From: a virus
Lineage: Duplodnaviria > Caudoviricetes
DNA length: 29,438 nt
IMG/VR virus record: IMGVR_UViG_3300032218_002577
Coordinates: 1 to 29,438 of that record
Direction: 5' to 3' (one strand)
Under the pieces are notes generated by a model that saw nothing but the letters and a program-made list of their open reading frames with translations, was not told the origin of the DNA and made no database searches. The translations under genes were made by a program, and so were the position numbers. Shown in pieces: positions 1 through 8,735 of this stretch. Position 1 is the first letter of the stretch; each line of letters begins with the position of its first letter.

Positions 1-639
1 GAAGATGCTGTTATCAGCATTGCCGACATGCTTACCCGGTCGATTGCGTATCAGTTCGCACGCAATGAGGACCTTGCAGGCTTTCTCGGTGATGGGACCA
101 GCACTTACGGCGCAATCGTCGGGCTTGCAAATGCTCTCGGCTCGGCGTCCAAAGTCACAGCAACCGGCAACACAACCTTCGGTGCGTTGACCATGGCAAA
201 CTTTGAATCTTGCATCGCAATTCGCAAGATGTGGGCGGGATCAACGCCAAGTTGGTACATCTCCCAAGTCGGCTGGGCCAACTCAATGCAAAGATTGATG
301 GATGCCTATTCTGGCAATACCATCATGACCATCTCAGACGGCTCGGCAGGACCTTCGGGAATGCCTCGATTGTCATTCCTTGGCTTTCCGGTTGTCATTA
401 GCCAAGTGCTTGAGTCGAGGTCTTCTGGAACCACCGGAGGTAACGCCTGTTTCTTCGGAGACCTCAACCAAAGCGTGATGATGGGCACGCATAGAGGGCT
501 TTCGGTACAGACCGATCAAAGCCTTTACTTCAATTATGACGCCATCGCAGTGCGTGCAACCGAACGCTTTGACGTTAACGTTCATGATCGAGGCGACTCG
601 ACCAACGCAGGCGGCTTGGTTGCCTTGGTTTTCGGCTAG
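1..639 (+). CDS. Major capsid protein, HK97 fold (5'-truncated by window edge)
   Basis: Frame is open from base 1: EDAVISIADMLTRSIAYQFARNEDLAGFLGDGT, with LGFPVVIS, FFGDL and IAVRATERFD, typical of HK97-family capsid C-terminal halves; followed by a terminator and head-tail genes. Confidence 0.93.
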   Translation, partial: EDAVISIADMLTRSIAYQFARNEDLAGFLGDGTSTYGAIVGLANALGSASKVTATGNTTFGALTMANFESCIAIRKMWAGSTPSWYISQVGWANSMQRLMDAYSGNTIMTISDGSAGPSGMPRLSFLGFPVVISQVLESRSSGTTGGNACFFGDLNQSVMMGTHRGLSVQTDQSLYFNYDAIAVRATERFDVNVHDRGDSTNAGGLVALVFG

Positions 640-663
640 TCCCCTGTTTGCTCCAGTGGGCTT

Positions 664-694
664 GGGGCTATCTCAATCGAGATAGCCCCTTTTT
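664..694 (+). terminator. Rho-independent terminator after capsid gene
   Basis: Perfect 11-bp stem GGGGCTATCTC-aatc-GAGATAGCCCC followed by TTTTT. Confidence 0.85.
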
Positions 695-725
695 AAAAAA
701 CGACAGTCACAAAAAGGAAAATAAA

Positions 726-1145
726 ATGAAATCAAGTCAGTTTGTAGTACGTTCAATTATGCTCGGACCAGTCACTGCGGCCACTACGGCCAGAACAGCC
801 AACCTTGACACTCAAGGGGCAAAATACGCGACCATCGAGGTTGTTTTGGGTGCTCAGCTTAACACCAATGCAACCGCTCCAACGATTTCGATCAGCGAAT
901 CAGATACCACGGTGGCAACGACCTTCGCGACGTTCAACAGTTCGTTTTCAACGAGCCAGGCGAATGTTGCCGCAACGGTTGGAGCGTATCACGTTGATTT
1001 GAAGGGTCGCAAGCGATATTTGCGACTTACTCTGACTCCAGATACAACCACCAACGGGGCTGTGCTTAGTTCCGTTGTTGGAATCCTGGACAAGGAAATC
1101 AGATCAGCCAATAGCGGCAACGCTGATACCGTTGTTGTCGGCTAG
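726..1145 (+). CDS. Thr/Ala-rich beta-strand virion protein, probable capsid decoration/cement protein
   Basis: ATG at 726 after AAGGA; directly downstream of capsid; LDTQG...KRYLRL pattern resembles small jelly-roll decoration proteins. Confidence 0.6.
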   Translation: MKSSQFVVRSIMLGPVTAATTARTANLDTQGAKYATIEVVLGAQLNTNATAPTISISESDTTVATTFATFNSSFSTSQANVAATVGAYHVDLKGRKRYLRLTLTPDTTTNGAVLSSVVGILDKEIRSANSGNADTVVVG

Positions 1146-1168
1146 TTCAAACCACTGGAGCAAAACAG

Positions 1169-1888
1169 ATGGGTCTTATCAAGAACGTCAAAGCATGTGC
1201 GGTGATGACCGCTGGGCGATACGAGAACACTTGGTGTCGCAATCAAATTGAAGCAGCATTGAGGTCTTTGGGCATCCCGTTTACAGTTTCTGGCGGCGTT
1301 TATTATGGCCAATGCATGCAAAAAATGCTCGAATCGGCAATTGAGCAAGGAGTCGAGTACGCTATCACCGTTGACGGGGATAGCGTATTTACCCCAGGTC
1401 AATTGCAGAGGCTTCTAGGTATCGCGGTGCAAGAGTCGCACAAGATCGACGCCATTGCAGCAATGCAAGTGCGAAGAGGCGCAAAAACGATGCTAGGCAC
1501 CATATCAGGCAGGCTATCCGCAGAATGGGACGGTTATCCTCTCAAAGTGGATACCGCTCATTTTGGATTGACGATTATCGACCTAGCAAAGCTTGCCGAC
1601 ACGCCAAAACCTTGGTTTTTTTGTCAACCAGACGTCCAAGGTCAATGGGGCGATGGTCGGATTGATTCCGACGTATGGTTTTGGAAGCAATGGGTCAAGG
1701 CTGGCAACACGATTTACATCGATCCGGGCACTAGGATCGGGCACGTTGAAGAGATGGTTGTCATGCACGATGAAAGCCTTCAAGTAAAACACGTTTACCC
1801 GGCTGACTGGGTGAAAGGAAACTCGGATGTTGACGAAGTTAGTTTTTGTGAGGGCGTGGCGGCGGAAAACACCCGGCTCGACGGTTGA
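1169..1888 (+). CDS. GT-A fold (family 2-like) glycosyltransferase
   Basis: YAITVDGDSVF (DxD motif), HFGLTII and DSDVWFW...AGNTIYIDPGTRIGH, the C-terminal pattern of phage GT2-like enzymes; GGAG RBS. Confidence 0.75.
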   Translation: MGLIKNVKACAVMTAGRYENTWCRNQIEAALRSLGIPFTVSGGVYYGQCMQKMLESAIEQGVEYAITVDGDSVFTPGQLQRLLGIAVQESHKIDAIAAMQVRRGAKTMLGTISGRLSAEWDGYPLKVDTAHFGLTIIDLAKLADTPKPWFFCQPDVQGQWGDGRIDSDVWFWKQWVKAGNTIYIDPGTRIGHVEEMVVMHDESLQVKHVYPADWVKGNSDVDEVSFCEGVAAENTRLDG

Positions 1889-2066
1889 GATTGAAAGCGG
1901 CGTTGCAGATTTGCTCGTAAGGCGAAAGGTTGCGGAATATGTCGATACTCAAGCAAAGACGATTGAGCGCGGAGCTGATAACGGCAGCGACCTCGGAGCC
2001 GTTGACGCTAGACCAAGCCAAGGCTCAGTTAAACATCGCGACAAACAACAACGACCACGACCTTGA
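1827..2066 (+). CDS. Small head-module protein overlapping both neighbours
   Basis: KLVFVRAW...PGSTVEIESGVADLLVRRKVAEYV resembles small proteins often found between capsid and connector genes; AAGGA upstream. Confidence 0.55.
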   Translation: MLTKLVFVRAWRRKTPGSTVEIESGVADLLVRRKVAEYVDTQAKTIERGADNGSDLGAVDARPSQGSVKHRDKQQRPRP

Positions 2067-2526
2067 ACTGTCGGAATTGATCGCGCAAGCAAGGGAACAA
2101 TGGGAAGGCGACACCGATACGGTTTGCTGCACCTCGACTTGGCGAGTGCGAAGCGAGTACATGGAGGACGGTCTAAAGCTTCCAAAGAGGCCGATCCAAT
2201 CCATCGAGTCGATCAAGTATTACGACGGGTCGAATACGCTCCGAACACTGAGTACCGACATCTACAACTTTGACGCGCCGAAACGTGAGATTAGGCGGCA
2301 GTTCCTGAAGGTATTTCCTGTCAGTCTTTATCGATGGGACGCCTGGGAAACGATATATGTTTGCGGTTATTCAAAGGATGGCTCATTGGTTCCGGCAATC
2401 GCTAAACGGGCTATGCTGTTGCTTGTCGGCTATTACTTTGAGCAACGCGGGGACGCTGACAGCCAACACGACCTTAAAGCTTACGAAAAGCTCGTAGCTC
2501 GATTCATGCGAGGCGACTATCCATGA
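1939..2526 (+). CDS. Head-tail connector protein (HK97 gp6 / SPP1 gp15 / phiE125 gp8-like)
   Basis: EPLTLDQAKAQLNI...D.EL..LI..ARE; LPKRPIQSIESIKYYD; VPAIAKRAMLLLVGYYFEQR. Confidence 0.9.
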   Translation: MSILKQRRLSAELITAATSEPLTLDQAKAQLNIATNNNDHDLELSELIAQAREQWEGDTDTVCCTSTWRVRSEYMEDGLKLPKRPIQSIESIKYYDGSNTLRTLSTDIYNFDAPKREIRRQFLKVFPVSLYRWDAWETIYVCGYSKDGSLVPAIAKRAMLLLVGYYFEQRGDADSQHDLKAYEKLVARFMRGDYP

Positions 2527-2867
2527 TCGCAAGGCCAAGAAAATTTTGCGTTGGCTCTATGCGTCATCGCTGCACGATCCAACAACCGACAGAGACGCAA
2601 GACTCAGCGGGCCAGCCGATTGTTACATGGTCGGCATATGTTGCCAACGAGCCTTGCCACTACACGCCAACGGGTGGCTTTGAAGTGATGCGAGGTAAGC
2701 AGTTGGAAGCTCGTACGAAGGCAGTTTTTAGGGTTCGATACAGACCTGGCTACAACGCACAAATGCAGGTGGTTTTCCAAGGTGAAAGCTATGGCATAAT
2801 TGCACTTAATCCGGTCGATGGGCTTATTCGATTTATCGACATCGTTTGTTCGGCGGTGGTTTCATGA
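2523..2867 (+). CDS. Head closure / head-tail adaptor (SPP1 gp16-like)
   Basis: MRHRCTIQQPTETQDSAGQPIVTW and FRVRYRPG...MQVVFQGESYGI; ATGA overlap with connector. Confidence 0.88.
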   Translation: MIARPRKFCVGSMRHRCTIQQPTETQDSAGQPIVTWSAYVANEPCHYTPTGGFEVMRGKQLEARTKAVFRVRYRPGYNAQMQVVFQGESYGIIALNPVDGLIRFIDIVCSAVVS

Positions 2868-3412
2868 GCACATCAATCCAGATTAACGAAGCGCTGATAA
2901 AGGCGGTAGGCGATATTCCGATTACGCTTAGAAATGGGCCGCTAGGACGTTGCCTTGGCTCATTCGCAAAGCCTATCGCACAGACGGCAGGCTCATTGGC
3001 TACATCGTCTAGGGCCACAGGATCGCGGCTCAAGTGGTCGAAGAAATTTAAGAACAATGCCAAGTCCCAAAACGATTCAAAAAAACACTTCGGGCACAAG
3101 GTCCTAAAAAGTGCGGTTGGCGTTCTTGTTGGTGCTACACATCCGCAGGGCAACAAGCAGCAATTCGTCATGCCTGCAAAGCGAGGTCCTAGCTACACCC
3201 GGCACAGTTGGGGCTTAGAGGGCTCAACGATTGTCTATACGAGTCGCAGCGGGAACACATTCACGCGAATAAACAACAGCAAAGCGACTGTAGCCAATTT
3301 CCCACTAGCAGAACGAGCGACGGTAAAGGCTTACCAGCAATCGGGCGGCTCGGCGGAAGCGGCTTTTCTCGACCAGCTAAACAAGGAAATGAAGGAGCTT
3401 CGACTTGGCTAA
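2864..3412 (+). CDS. Basic neck/tail-completion protein (HK97 gp10-like position)
   Basis: Synteny between head closure and tail terminator; basic composition; ATGA overlap. Sequence similarity only weakly recognisable. Confidence 0.55.
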   Translation: MSTSIQINEALIKAVGDIPITLRNGPLGRCLGSFAKPIAQTAGSLATSSRATGSRLKWSKKFKNNAKSQNDSKKHFGHKVLKSAVGVLVGATHPQGNKQQFVMPAKRGPSYTRHSWGLEGSTIVYTSRSGNTFTRINNSKATVANFPLAERATVKAYQQSGGSAEAAFLDQLNKEMKELRLG

Positions 3413-3728
3413 GAATCTAAAGTTGACCGACAAGGTGACGATTTCAAGCGGGACGACATCGACGGCGTTTACGTTGCAGGGAACCATACCGTTAGCAATC
3501 GTCACTCCAGCGGGATTGGCTAGCACGTCGATAACTTTTCAGTGTTCTCTCGACGGTTCAAGCTTTTACGACCTCTACAACGGATCATCGGCGTACTCGC
3601 TAACTGTTGCAGCGTCGCGGTACATCGCACTTAATCCAGACGTTTTTGAAGGCGTACGATACATTCGGATCGTCACAGGTTCAAGCGAAACAAGCAAAGA
3701 CATCTACATTGTCAGCGGGGAGCGGTAA
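3405..3728 (+). CDS. Small Ser/Thr-rich beta-strand virion protein
   Basis: TTG start after AAGGAG; ITFQCSLDGSSFYDL...VRYIRIV pattern similar in style to the 726..1145 product. Confidence 0.6.
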   Translation: MAKNLKLTDKVTISSGTTSTAFTLQGTIPLAIVTPAGLASTSITFQCSLDGSSFYDLYNGSSAYSLTVAASRYIALNPDVFEGVRYIRIVTGSSETSKDIYIVSGER

Positions 3729-3731
3729 ACC

Positions 3732-4148
3732 TTGTCGGCAATCGGCGAAGCACTGAGAACAAAACTGCTGTCCTACTCGACAGTCTCGACGCTAATCGGG
3801 CAGCGAATGTATCCCGATACAGCGGTCGAGGGTGCTACCATTCCGTATATCGTCTACTACGTTAACGGAACCGAACGCGACCACGATCTAGCTGGAGTCG
3901 GCAAAACGGCTCACGCAAGAATAACCGTTGAGGCCTACGCTTTAACTCGCAGGACTTGCAATGCAATCAGCAAGGCAATTCGCGAAACTGGAATATCGGC
4001 ATTTATCGGCACTGTGGACGGCTACGACTTAGACGGCGTAGAGTTTACCGCAGGCGATCAGTATTTGCAGGAACCTCCTACCGATGGAAACCAAGAACAT
4101 CGGTACGTTGTTAGCTTTGACCTCTTGGTTCATTATGGGGAGCCTTAA
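3732..4148 (+). CDS. Tail terminator (DUF3168 / SPP1 gp17-like)
   Basis: LRTKLL...VSTLIGQRMYP...PYIVY...ARITVEAYA; directly upstream of tail tube gene. Confidence 0.85.
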   Translation: MSAIGEALRTKLLSYSTVSTLIGQRMYPDTAVEGATIPYIVYYVNGTERDHDLAGVGKTAHARITVEAYALTRRTCNAISKAIRETGISAFIGTVDGYDLDGVEFTAGDQYLQEPPTDGNQEHRYVVSFDLLVHYGEP

Positions 4149-4150
4149 CT

Positions 4151-4573
4151 ATGGCAGCATTGACGAAAGCACGAACCGGACTTGGGGCGACCATTTCCGG
4201 GACCGGGTTAGTTACTACGCAAATTACTTCAATTGGCGGAATCAAGGTCAGCACTGACGCGCTAAATATTACCACGCTATCAACGACTGGCTTTGAGGAG
4301 CTTCGGCCAAGCGACCTGAGAAAGAATCCAGATTTGCCGGTTGAGTTCAATTGGCTTGGAGCGGCACCACCGATCACTACAGCAATGATTCCATCGGCAG
4401 AGCCTTACGCCGGAATCGCTGTCACGATTACACTCCCAAGTGCGGGCTCAATCCAAGGAACGGCGTTTGTCAAGGAAGTCGAGTTCCCGTCGCTCAAGCA
4501 GGGCGAAATCATGAAGGGTAAGTACGTTCTTCAGTTCGACGGCGACACCGATATCACTTTCACCCCAGCCTAA
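4151..4573 (+). CDS. Major tail (tube) protein
   Basis: 140 aa; ITSIGGIKVSTDALNITTL...FEELRPSDL; GTAFVKEVEF; synteny before chaperone and tape measure. Confidence 0.8.
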   Translation: MAALTKARTGLGATISGTGLVTTQITSIGGIKVSTDALNITTLSTTGFEELRPSDLRKNPDLPVEFNWLGAAPPITTAMIPSAEPYAGIAVTITLPSAGSIQGTAFVKEVEFPSLKQGEIMKGKYVLQFDGDTDITFTPA

Positions 4574-4586
4574 TTAGGAGGCTATT

Positions 4587-4901
4587 TTGTTTTCACTAAA
4601 ACAGCAGTACGGCATCAGCCTATCAACCGGCGAGAATAAGAAACTCAAGCAGTTTCAAATTCTTTTCGCTGGTGCTCTTGTCGGCTATTTGCCGTACGGA
4701 GAAAAAGCTCAGATCCAAGCGATCTTTCAGTTCCCACACGACAAGTTAAACGCAGCAGTACTTGCCAAGCTCGGCAAGGAAGCAGCAGAAGGCCAGGGGC
4801 TTGCCAGCGTAACGGTCGAGGGACCGGAACAGTACTCTCGGCAATTCGTCGAGCAAGTAGAAAAGGCCCTAGCACAAGAGGAGGCAGACGATGACGAGTA
4901 A
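4587..4901 (+). CDS. Hypothetical protein between tail tube and chaperone
   Basis: TTG start with AGGAGG RBS, acidic C-terminus, overlaps next gene. Confidence 0.65.
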   Translation: MFSLKQQYGISLSTGENKKLKQFQILFAGALVGYLPYGEKAQIQAIFQFPHDKLNAAVLAKLGKEAAEGQGLASVTVEGPEQYSRQFVEQVEKALAQEEADDDE

Positions 4902-5250
4902 ACGCGATGCGTTTTTTGCTTTGGCGTCAAGGCCACTTCGAACGACGCAAACGACAATTGACGGCGAGGTGTTTACGCTTCGCGAATTGTCGGAGGCGGA
5001 TGCATCGGAGATGGAAGTTGCGATGCAGTCCAAGGATGGCATATTCGAGTACGCACGGCATCGAATGCTGTTGGTTGCCTATAGCCTCATCGACGACGAT
5101 GGGAATCGCATCGTCGATAACTGGGAGCAACTAAAGCCCGTGCCTAGGTCCATCGTCGGCAAGCTTTATGAGGCTTGCTTGTCGTTGTCGAAATACGACG
5201 AAAGCGAGATAAAAGACCTTGCAAAAAAATCAGAAAGAGCCGACGCCTGA
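4891..5250 (+). CDS. Tail assembly chaperone (lambda gpG-like)
   Basis: GGAGG RBS; FTLRELS, LVAYSLIDDDGNRI, ends LAKKS over a slippery site. Confidence 0.85.
   Translation: MTSKRDAFFALASRPLRTTQTTIDGEVFTLRELSEADASEMEVAMQSKDGIFEYARHRMLLVAYSLIDDDGNRIVDNWEQLKPVPRSIVGKLYEACLSLSKYDESEIKDLAKKSERADA
5223..5229 (+). other. Programmed -1 ribosomal frameshift site (A AAA AAA)
   Basis: GCA AAA AAA TCA in chaperone frame; the -1 frame stays open to 5582. Confidence 0.8.
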
Positions 5251-5582
5251 GAACAGCGTTTAGGCTCTGCGAACGATGGGGAATCGCTGACCCGCTAGGA
5301 TGGCTTGCAAGTCAACCGGCGGGCGTTCTTAATCAGTGGCTAGCATGGGAGACGGTGGAACCGATGGGTGAACAGTGGGCGCAAACCGCGAGGATCCTAG
5401 AAGCCCTGCTATTGCCTATTTACGCCAGAGCGGGCTCGGATGCTCCAAGTGCAAACGACCTTATGCCGGTTCGCTTTAGACGGCCAAAGAAGACGATTGC
5501 AAGCGAGATTAGAGCGGCCATCGAAAACGCCGAATCGATTGGCGATCAACTAAAGGCTTTCGGAACGATGGGAGCGAAGTAG
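5229..5582 (+). CDS. Frameshift extension of tail chaperone (lambda gpT-like part of gpGT)
   Basis: -1 frame ORF without a convincing start of its own; AFRLCERWG...WLAWETVEPMG; ends 2 nt before tape measure. Confidence 0.8.
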   Translation: MRKSRRLRTAFRLCERWGIADPLGWLASQPAGVLNQWLAWETVEPMGEQWAQTARILEALLLPIYARAGSDAPSANDLMPVRFRRPKKTIASEIRAAIENAESIGDQLKAFGTMGAK

Positions 5583-5584
5583 CC

Positions 5585-7522
5585 ATGGCTCAAACGATCA
5601 ACGTTGCGAATATCAAGGTCGGCATGAACGTTGAAGGAGGGGAGTTCCTGCGATCTGAGATCCGCAGCATGAGCACGATACTAAGACAGTCGGAACCGAC
5701 TCTGGATAAGTTCAAAGCTCAAATGGCCGTCTTTGAGCGGGCGCTGCGTGAGGGGGGTATAAGCATCACGCAATTTGTTCAGGCTGAAAACCATCTTATT
5801 GCCAAATACGGCGTTGCGACTCAGCAAACCGATCAGCAGACAGCAGCAACTAAGCGACTAGCACAAGCTAGCCAAGACGCATCTAGCAAGATAAACAACG
5901 AAGCTAGCGCGGTATCGTCACTCAGAAACGCCGCAATGCAATACATTAGCATTGCAGCAGCATTTCAAGCGGTCAAAAAATCAGTCAGCCTTGCTACCGA
6001 GTTAGAATCCACAAAGATTGCTTTTGAGGTGATGACGGGCTCGGCATCGAAGGCGGAGACGCTTATCAAGCAGTTTAAGCGGCTCGATGTTGAAAGCCCG
6101 CTGAACTACTCCGAGTTCGCAAATGCGGGCAAGGTGCTTATGCAATTTGGCGTGAGTGCCAGCGAAGTATCGACGACGATGAATCGACTTGCAGCGGTAT
6201 CGCTTGGCAACTCTGAGCAATTCCAAAGGCTTTCACTTGCCTTCGGTCAAGTCCAGGCCAATGGCCGATTGATGGGGCAAGAAGTACTCCAGATGGTTAA
6301 TAGCGGGTTTAATCCGCTACAGGAAATCAGCCGGACCACTGGGATTAGTATGGTCGAGCTGAAGAAGCGAATGGAAGACGGGCAGATATCCGCCCAGATG
6401 GTCTCGATGGCTTTCAAGACAGCAACGGAAGAGGGCGGGCTGTTCGCTGGAATGAATGAGCGATTGTCTCAGTCAATGGCCGGACAGTTCGCAAAGATGG
6501 AGGGCGATATCAAGGCGGCAGCGATCAGCCTGGGAAATGATTTGATGCCACTCATCAAGGAAACCGTAGGGCTCATTCGCTCAGGCTTTGGGACTTCAGA
6601 GTCGGGCGAACGCGGGCCATTCGCGGCTAATATCAAGGGTATTTCAGATTCATACACTTCGTTGTTTGCTGGAGTCGGCGCAGGATTTCAAACGCTAGGC
6701 CAAAGACTAAGCAAAGGCGACGTAGTATTTGGCACTGGCGAAGCAATGATGGCGGCTTTCAATGGCGTGCTAGATAAGAGCCAAGAAATCAAAGATGCCG
6801 AACTGGATCGCGAAGCGGCATTGATTAGGGCAGCAAACCAGGAAAGCGAAATAGCACAAAAGAAACAAGAGCAAGTTGCCGAAGCTAAAAAGCTAGCGGA
6901 AGCGGAAATGGAACGATCCAGAGCCGACAAAGAGCGACTAGACAAGCTCAAGGCGGAAACTGAGTTTCAGAAAAAGGCGGGTGATGAACTATGGAGCATG
7001 CGCGACCGGCTTAACAAGCTTACGCTAGGCGAGGATGAAGCAAGGCGACAGAAGCAAGCCCGCGAAGGCTACAAGCAGATCGACATCGAGCGATACGACG
7101 CAATGCTCAAGCTCATTGGGGCAGAAGAGGATCGCAAAAAGGCGATGGAAGAATCGCAGGCTATCGAGAAAGAAATGGTATCTGACAAGCAAAAGGCGAT
7201 TGATGAAATTCGCAGGCTTCAAGGGCTTTACGATCAATTGTCGGTCGATCAGAAAACGGGCACGATGGGCCAAGCGAATCTTGCTAAGCAAGAACAGATT
7301 CGGCAGCGATTTGGCGAAAGTCAAAAAACTGAGGATCTCGCCAAGAACCTAGCCCCAGCAATCAAAGCAGGCTCAAAAGAGGCGGCAGCATTCTTGCTCC
7401 AACAAAACGCCGACGCAGCGGAAAAAGCAGAGCGGAAGAAATGGCAATCTGATTTGCTAAGTGAAACACGGCGGGCAAATGAGTTTGCAAAAGAGGCCCC
7501 AAGAATTCAATTTGCGAGGTAG
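5585..7522 (+). CDS. Tape measure protein
   Basis: 645 aa, helical Ala/Glu/Lys-rich; tape-measure domain pattern AFEVMTGS...SPLN...LAFGQVQANGRLMGQEVLQMVNSGFNPLQEIS. Confidence 0.95.
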   Translation: MAQTINVANIKVGMNVEGGEFLRSEIRSMSTILRQSEPTLDKFKAQMAVFERALREGGISITQFVQAENHLIAKYGVATQQTDQQTAATKRLAQASQDASSKINNEASAVSSLRNAAMQYISIAAAFQAVKKSVSLATELESTKIAFEVMTGSASKAETLIKQFKRLDVESPLNYSEFANAGKVLMQFGVSASEVSTTMNRLAAVSLGNSEQFQRLSLAFGQVQANGRLMGQEVLQMVNSGFNPLQEISRTTGISMVELKKRMEDGQISAQMVSMAFKTATEEGGLFAGMNERLSQSMAGQFAKMEGDIKAAAISLGNDLMPLIKETVGLIRSGFGTSESGERGPFAANIKGISDSYTSLFAGVGAGFQTLGQRLSKGDVVFGTGEAMMAAFNGVLDKSQEIKDAELDREAALIRAANQESEIAQKKQEQVAEAKKLAEAEMERSRADKERLDKLKAETEFQKKAGDELWSMRDRLNKLTLGEDEARRQKQAREGYKQIDIERYDAMLKLIGAEEDRKKAMEESQAIEKEMVSDKQKAIDEIRRLQGLYDQLSVDQKTGTMGQANLAKQEQIRQRFGESQKTEDLAKNLAPAIKAGSKEAAAFLLQQNADAAEKAERKKWQSDLLSETRRANEFAKEAPRIQFAR

Positions 7523-7525
7523 TAA

Positions 7526-8404
7526 GTGGCAAACGAAATAGTAGGGACGGAACTTCGCAAAGGATCGGGATATTGCCGAAAGGGAGAGGGCTTTACCCTT
7601 GTATTCGGCGAGACGTGGAACTACCTAGTTAAGACCGATCAAGTTACATCGAGTCGGTATAGCGTCCTCTACGATACTCCAGGATTGCCAAAGGCAGGCT
7701 TGCTCTACGGGCCATTGCAACTAATTTGCGACGAGGTGAGCGGCGACCGCGATGAAGGGCATGCACTTTACTGGCGCATCACAGCGAATTTCAAAACGGG
7801 CCAGGAACAACAAAAGCAGAACTCAGAGCAAAACCCGAACCCGGCAACCTGGATTCCGTTTTTCAAAATTGATTCCTTTCTTACCAAGGAAAAGGTATTG
7901 CCGAAAGATCGATCCGCGACTCCAAAGGCTTGCGTAAACTCAGCGGGCACGCCATTCGATCAGCCATTGGTGACGACCTCTAGTCTTTGCCAGTTTTCGT
8001 TTGTGCAATTCGATAGCCCTTCACTGCTAATGAAGGATTTCTTGGAACGCAACGATACGGTTAATAACGCATCCTTCGACACTGGGCGGGAAGTACTAGC
8101 GGCTCGAACGATGCTCATTGAAGTGCAAGAGGCCGAACTAGGCACGTATGGGGGCTATCAGGCGTGGCGGGCAAAGTACAAGGTAACTTATGACCCGGAC
8201 ACGCACGACGAAAAGCGGGCGGACTTAGGGCCATTCTACCTCGATGCAGCAGACGGCAATAAACGCAAGCGATACATGGACGACACGGAGCATTTTGGAA
8301 TCGTCGGCGCTCTCGATGGATCGGGCGGAAAAACAACCACGCCAGCAGAGCTAAATTTCCGTGCCAAAAAAGAGGCTTCATTCTCGTGGATAAGGATCTC
8401 CTAG
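7526..8404 (+). CDS. Probable minor tail (distal tail/hub position) protein
   Basis: 292 aa directly after tape measure; VNSAGTPFDQP motif; no family recognised with certainty. Confidence 0.55.
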   Translation: MANEIVGTELRKGSGYCRKGEGFTLVFGETWNYLVKTDQVTSSRYSVLYDTPGLPKAGLLYGPLQLICDEVSGDRDEGHALYWRITANFKTGQEQQKQNSEQNPNPATWIPFFKIDSFLTKEKVLPKDRSATPKACVNSAGTPFDQPLVTTSSLCQFSFVQFDSPSLLMKDFLERNDTVNNASFDTGREVLAARTMLIEVQEAELGTYGGYQAWRAKYKVTYDPDTHDEKRADLGPFYLDAADGNKRKRYMDDTEHFGIVGALDGSGGKTTTPAELNFRAKKEASFSWIRIS

Positions 8405-8405
8405 G

Positions 8406-8735
8406 ATGGCCGATGAAACACTCTACGCATTCAATTACTCAGACTCCGAAGCCCTTTTAGCGGGCATTGGAAAGAAACGGCAAGGCGGGCAGATCGCAAG
8501 CGATGCAATCAGCGACAATGCCACCTACATCGGCATCGCAACAACTGCGATCACAGCTAGGAGCGGGACAACCGTCGGAAGCGGGACGGCTCAACTAAAG
8601 TATACCGACAGCAGCAATGTACTTCAAAATCTTTACTCGGTGGCTGTCAACAATGCAGGATCAGCAATCGCAATCGGTGCTTACCTGAAAGTCTTTAGAG
8701 TTGGCAATCGATTTTTTGCAGTGGAGGTGTGCTAA
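8406..8735 (+). CDS. Probable minor tail protein
   Basis: 109 aa, tightly packed; TAITARSGTTVGSGTA beta-rich C-terminal half. Confidence 0.55.
   Translation: MADETLYAFNYSDSEALLAGIGKKRQGGQIASDAISDNATYIGIATTAITARSGTTVGSGTAQLKYTDSSNVLQNLYSVAVNNAGSAIAIGAYLKVFRVGNRFFAVEVC

Noticed and set aside
648-725. Upstream extension of the 726..1145 ORF from TTG 648
   Set aside because: Runs through the terminator hairpin; ATG 726 has the RBS.
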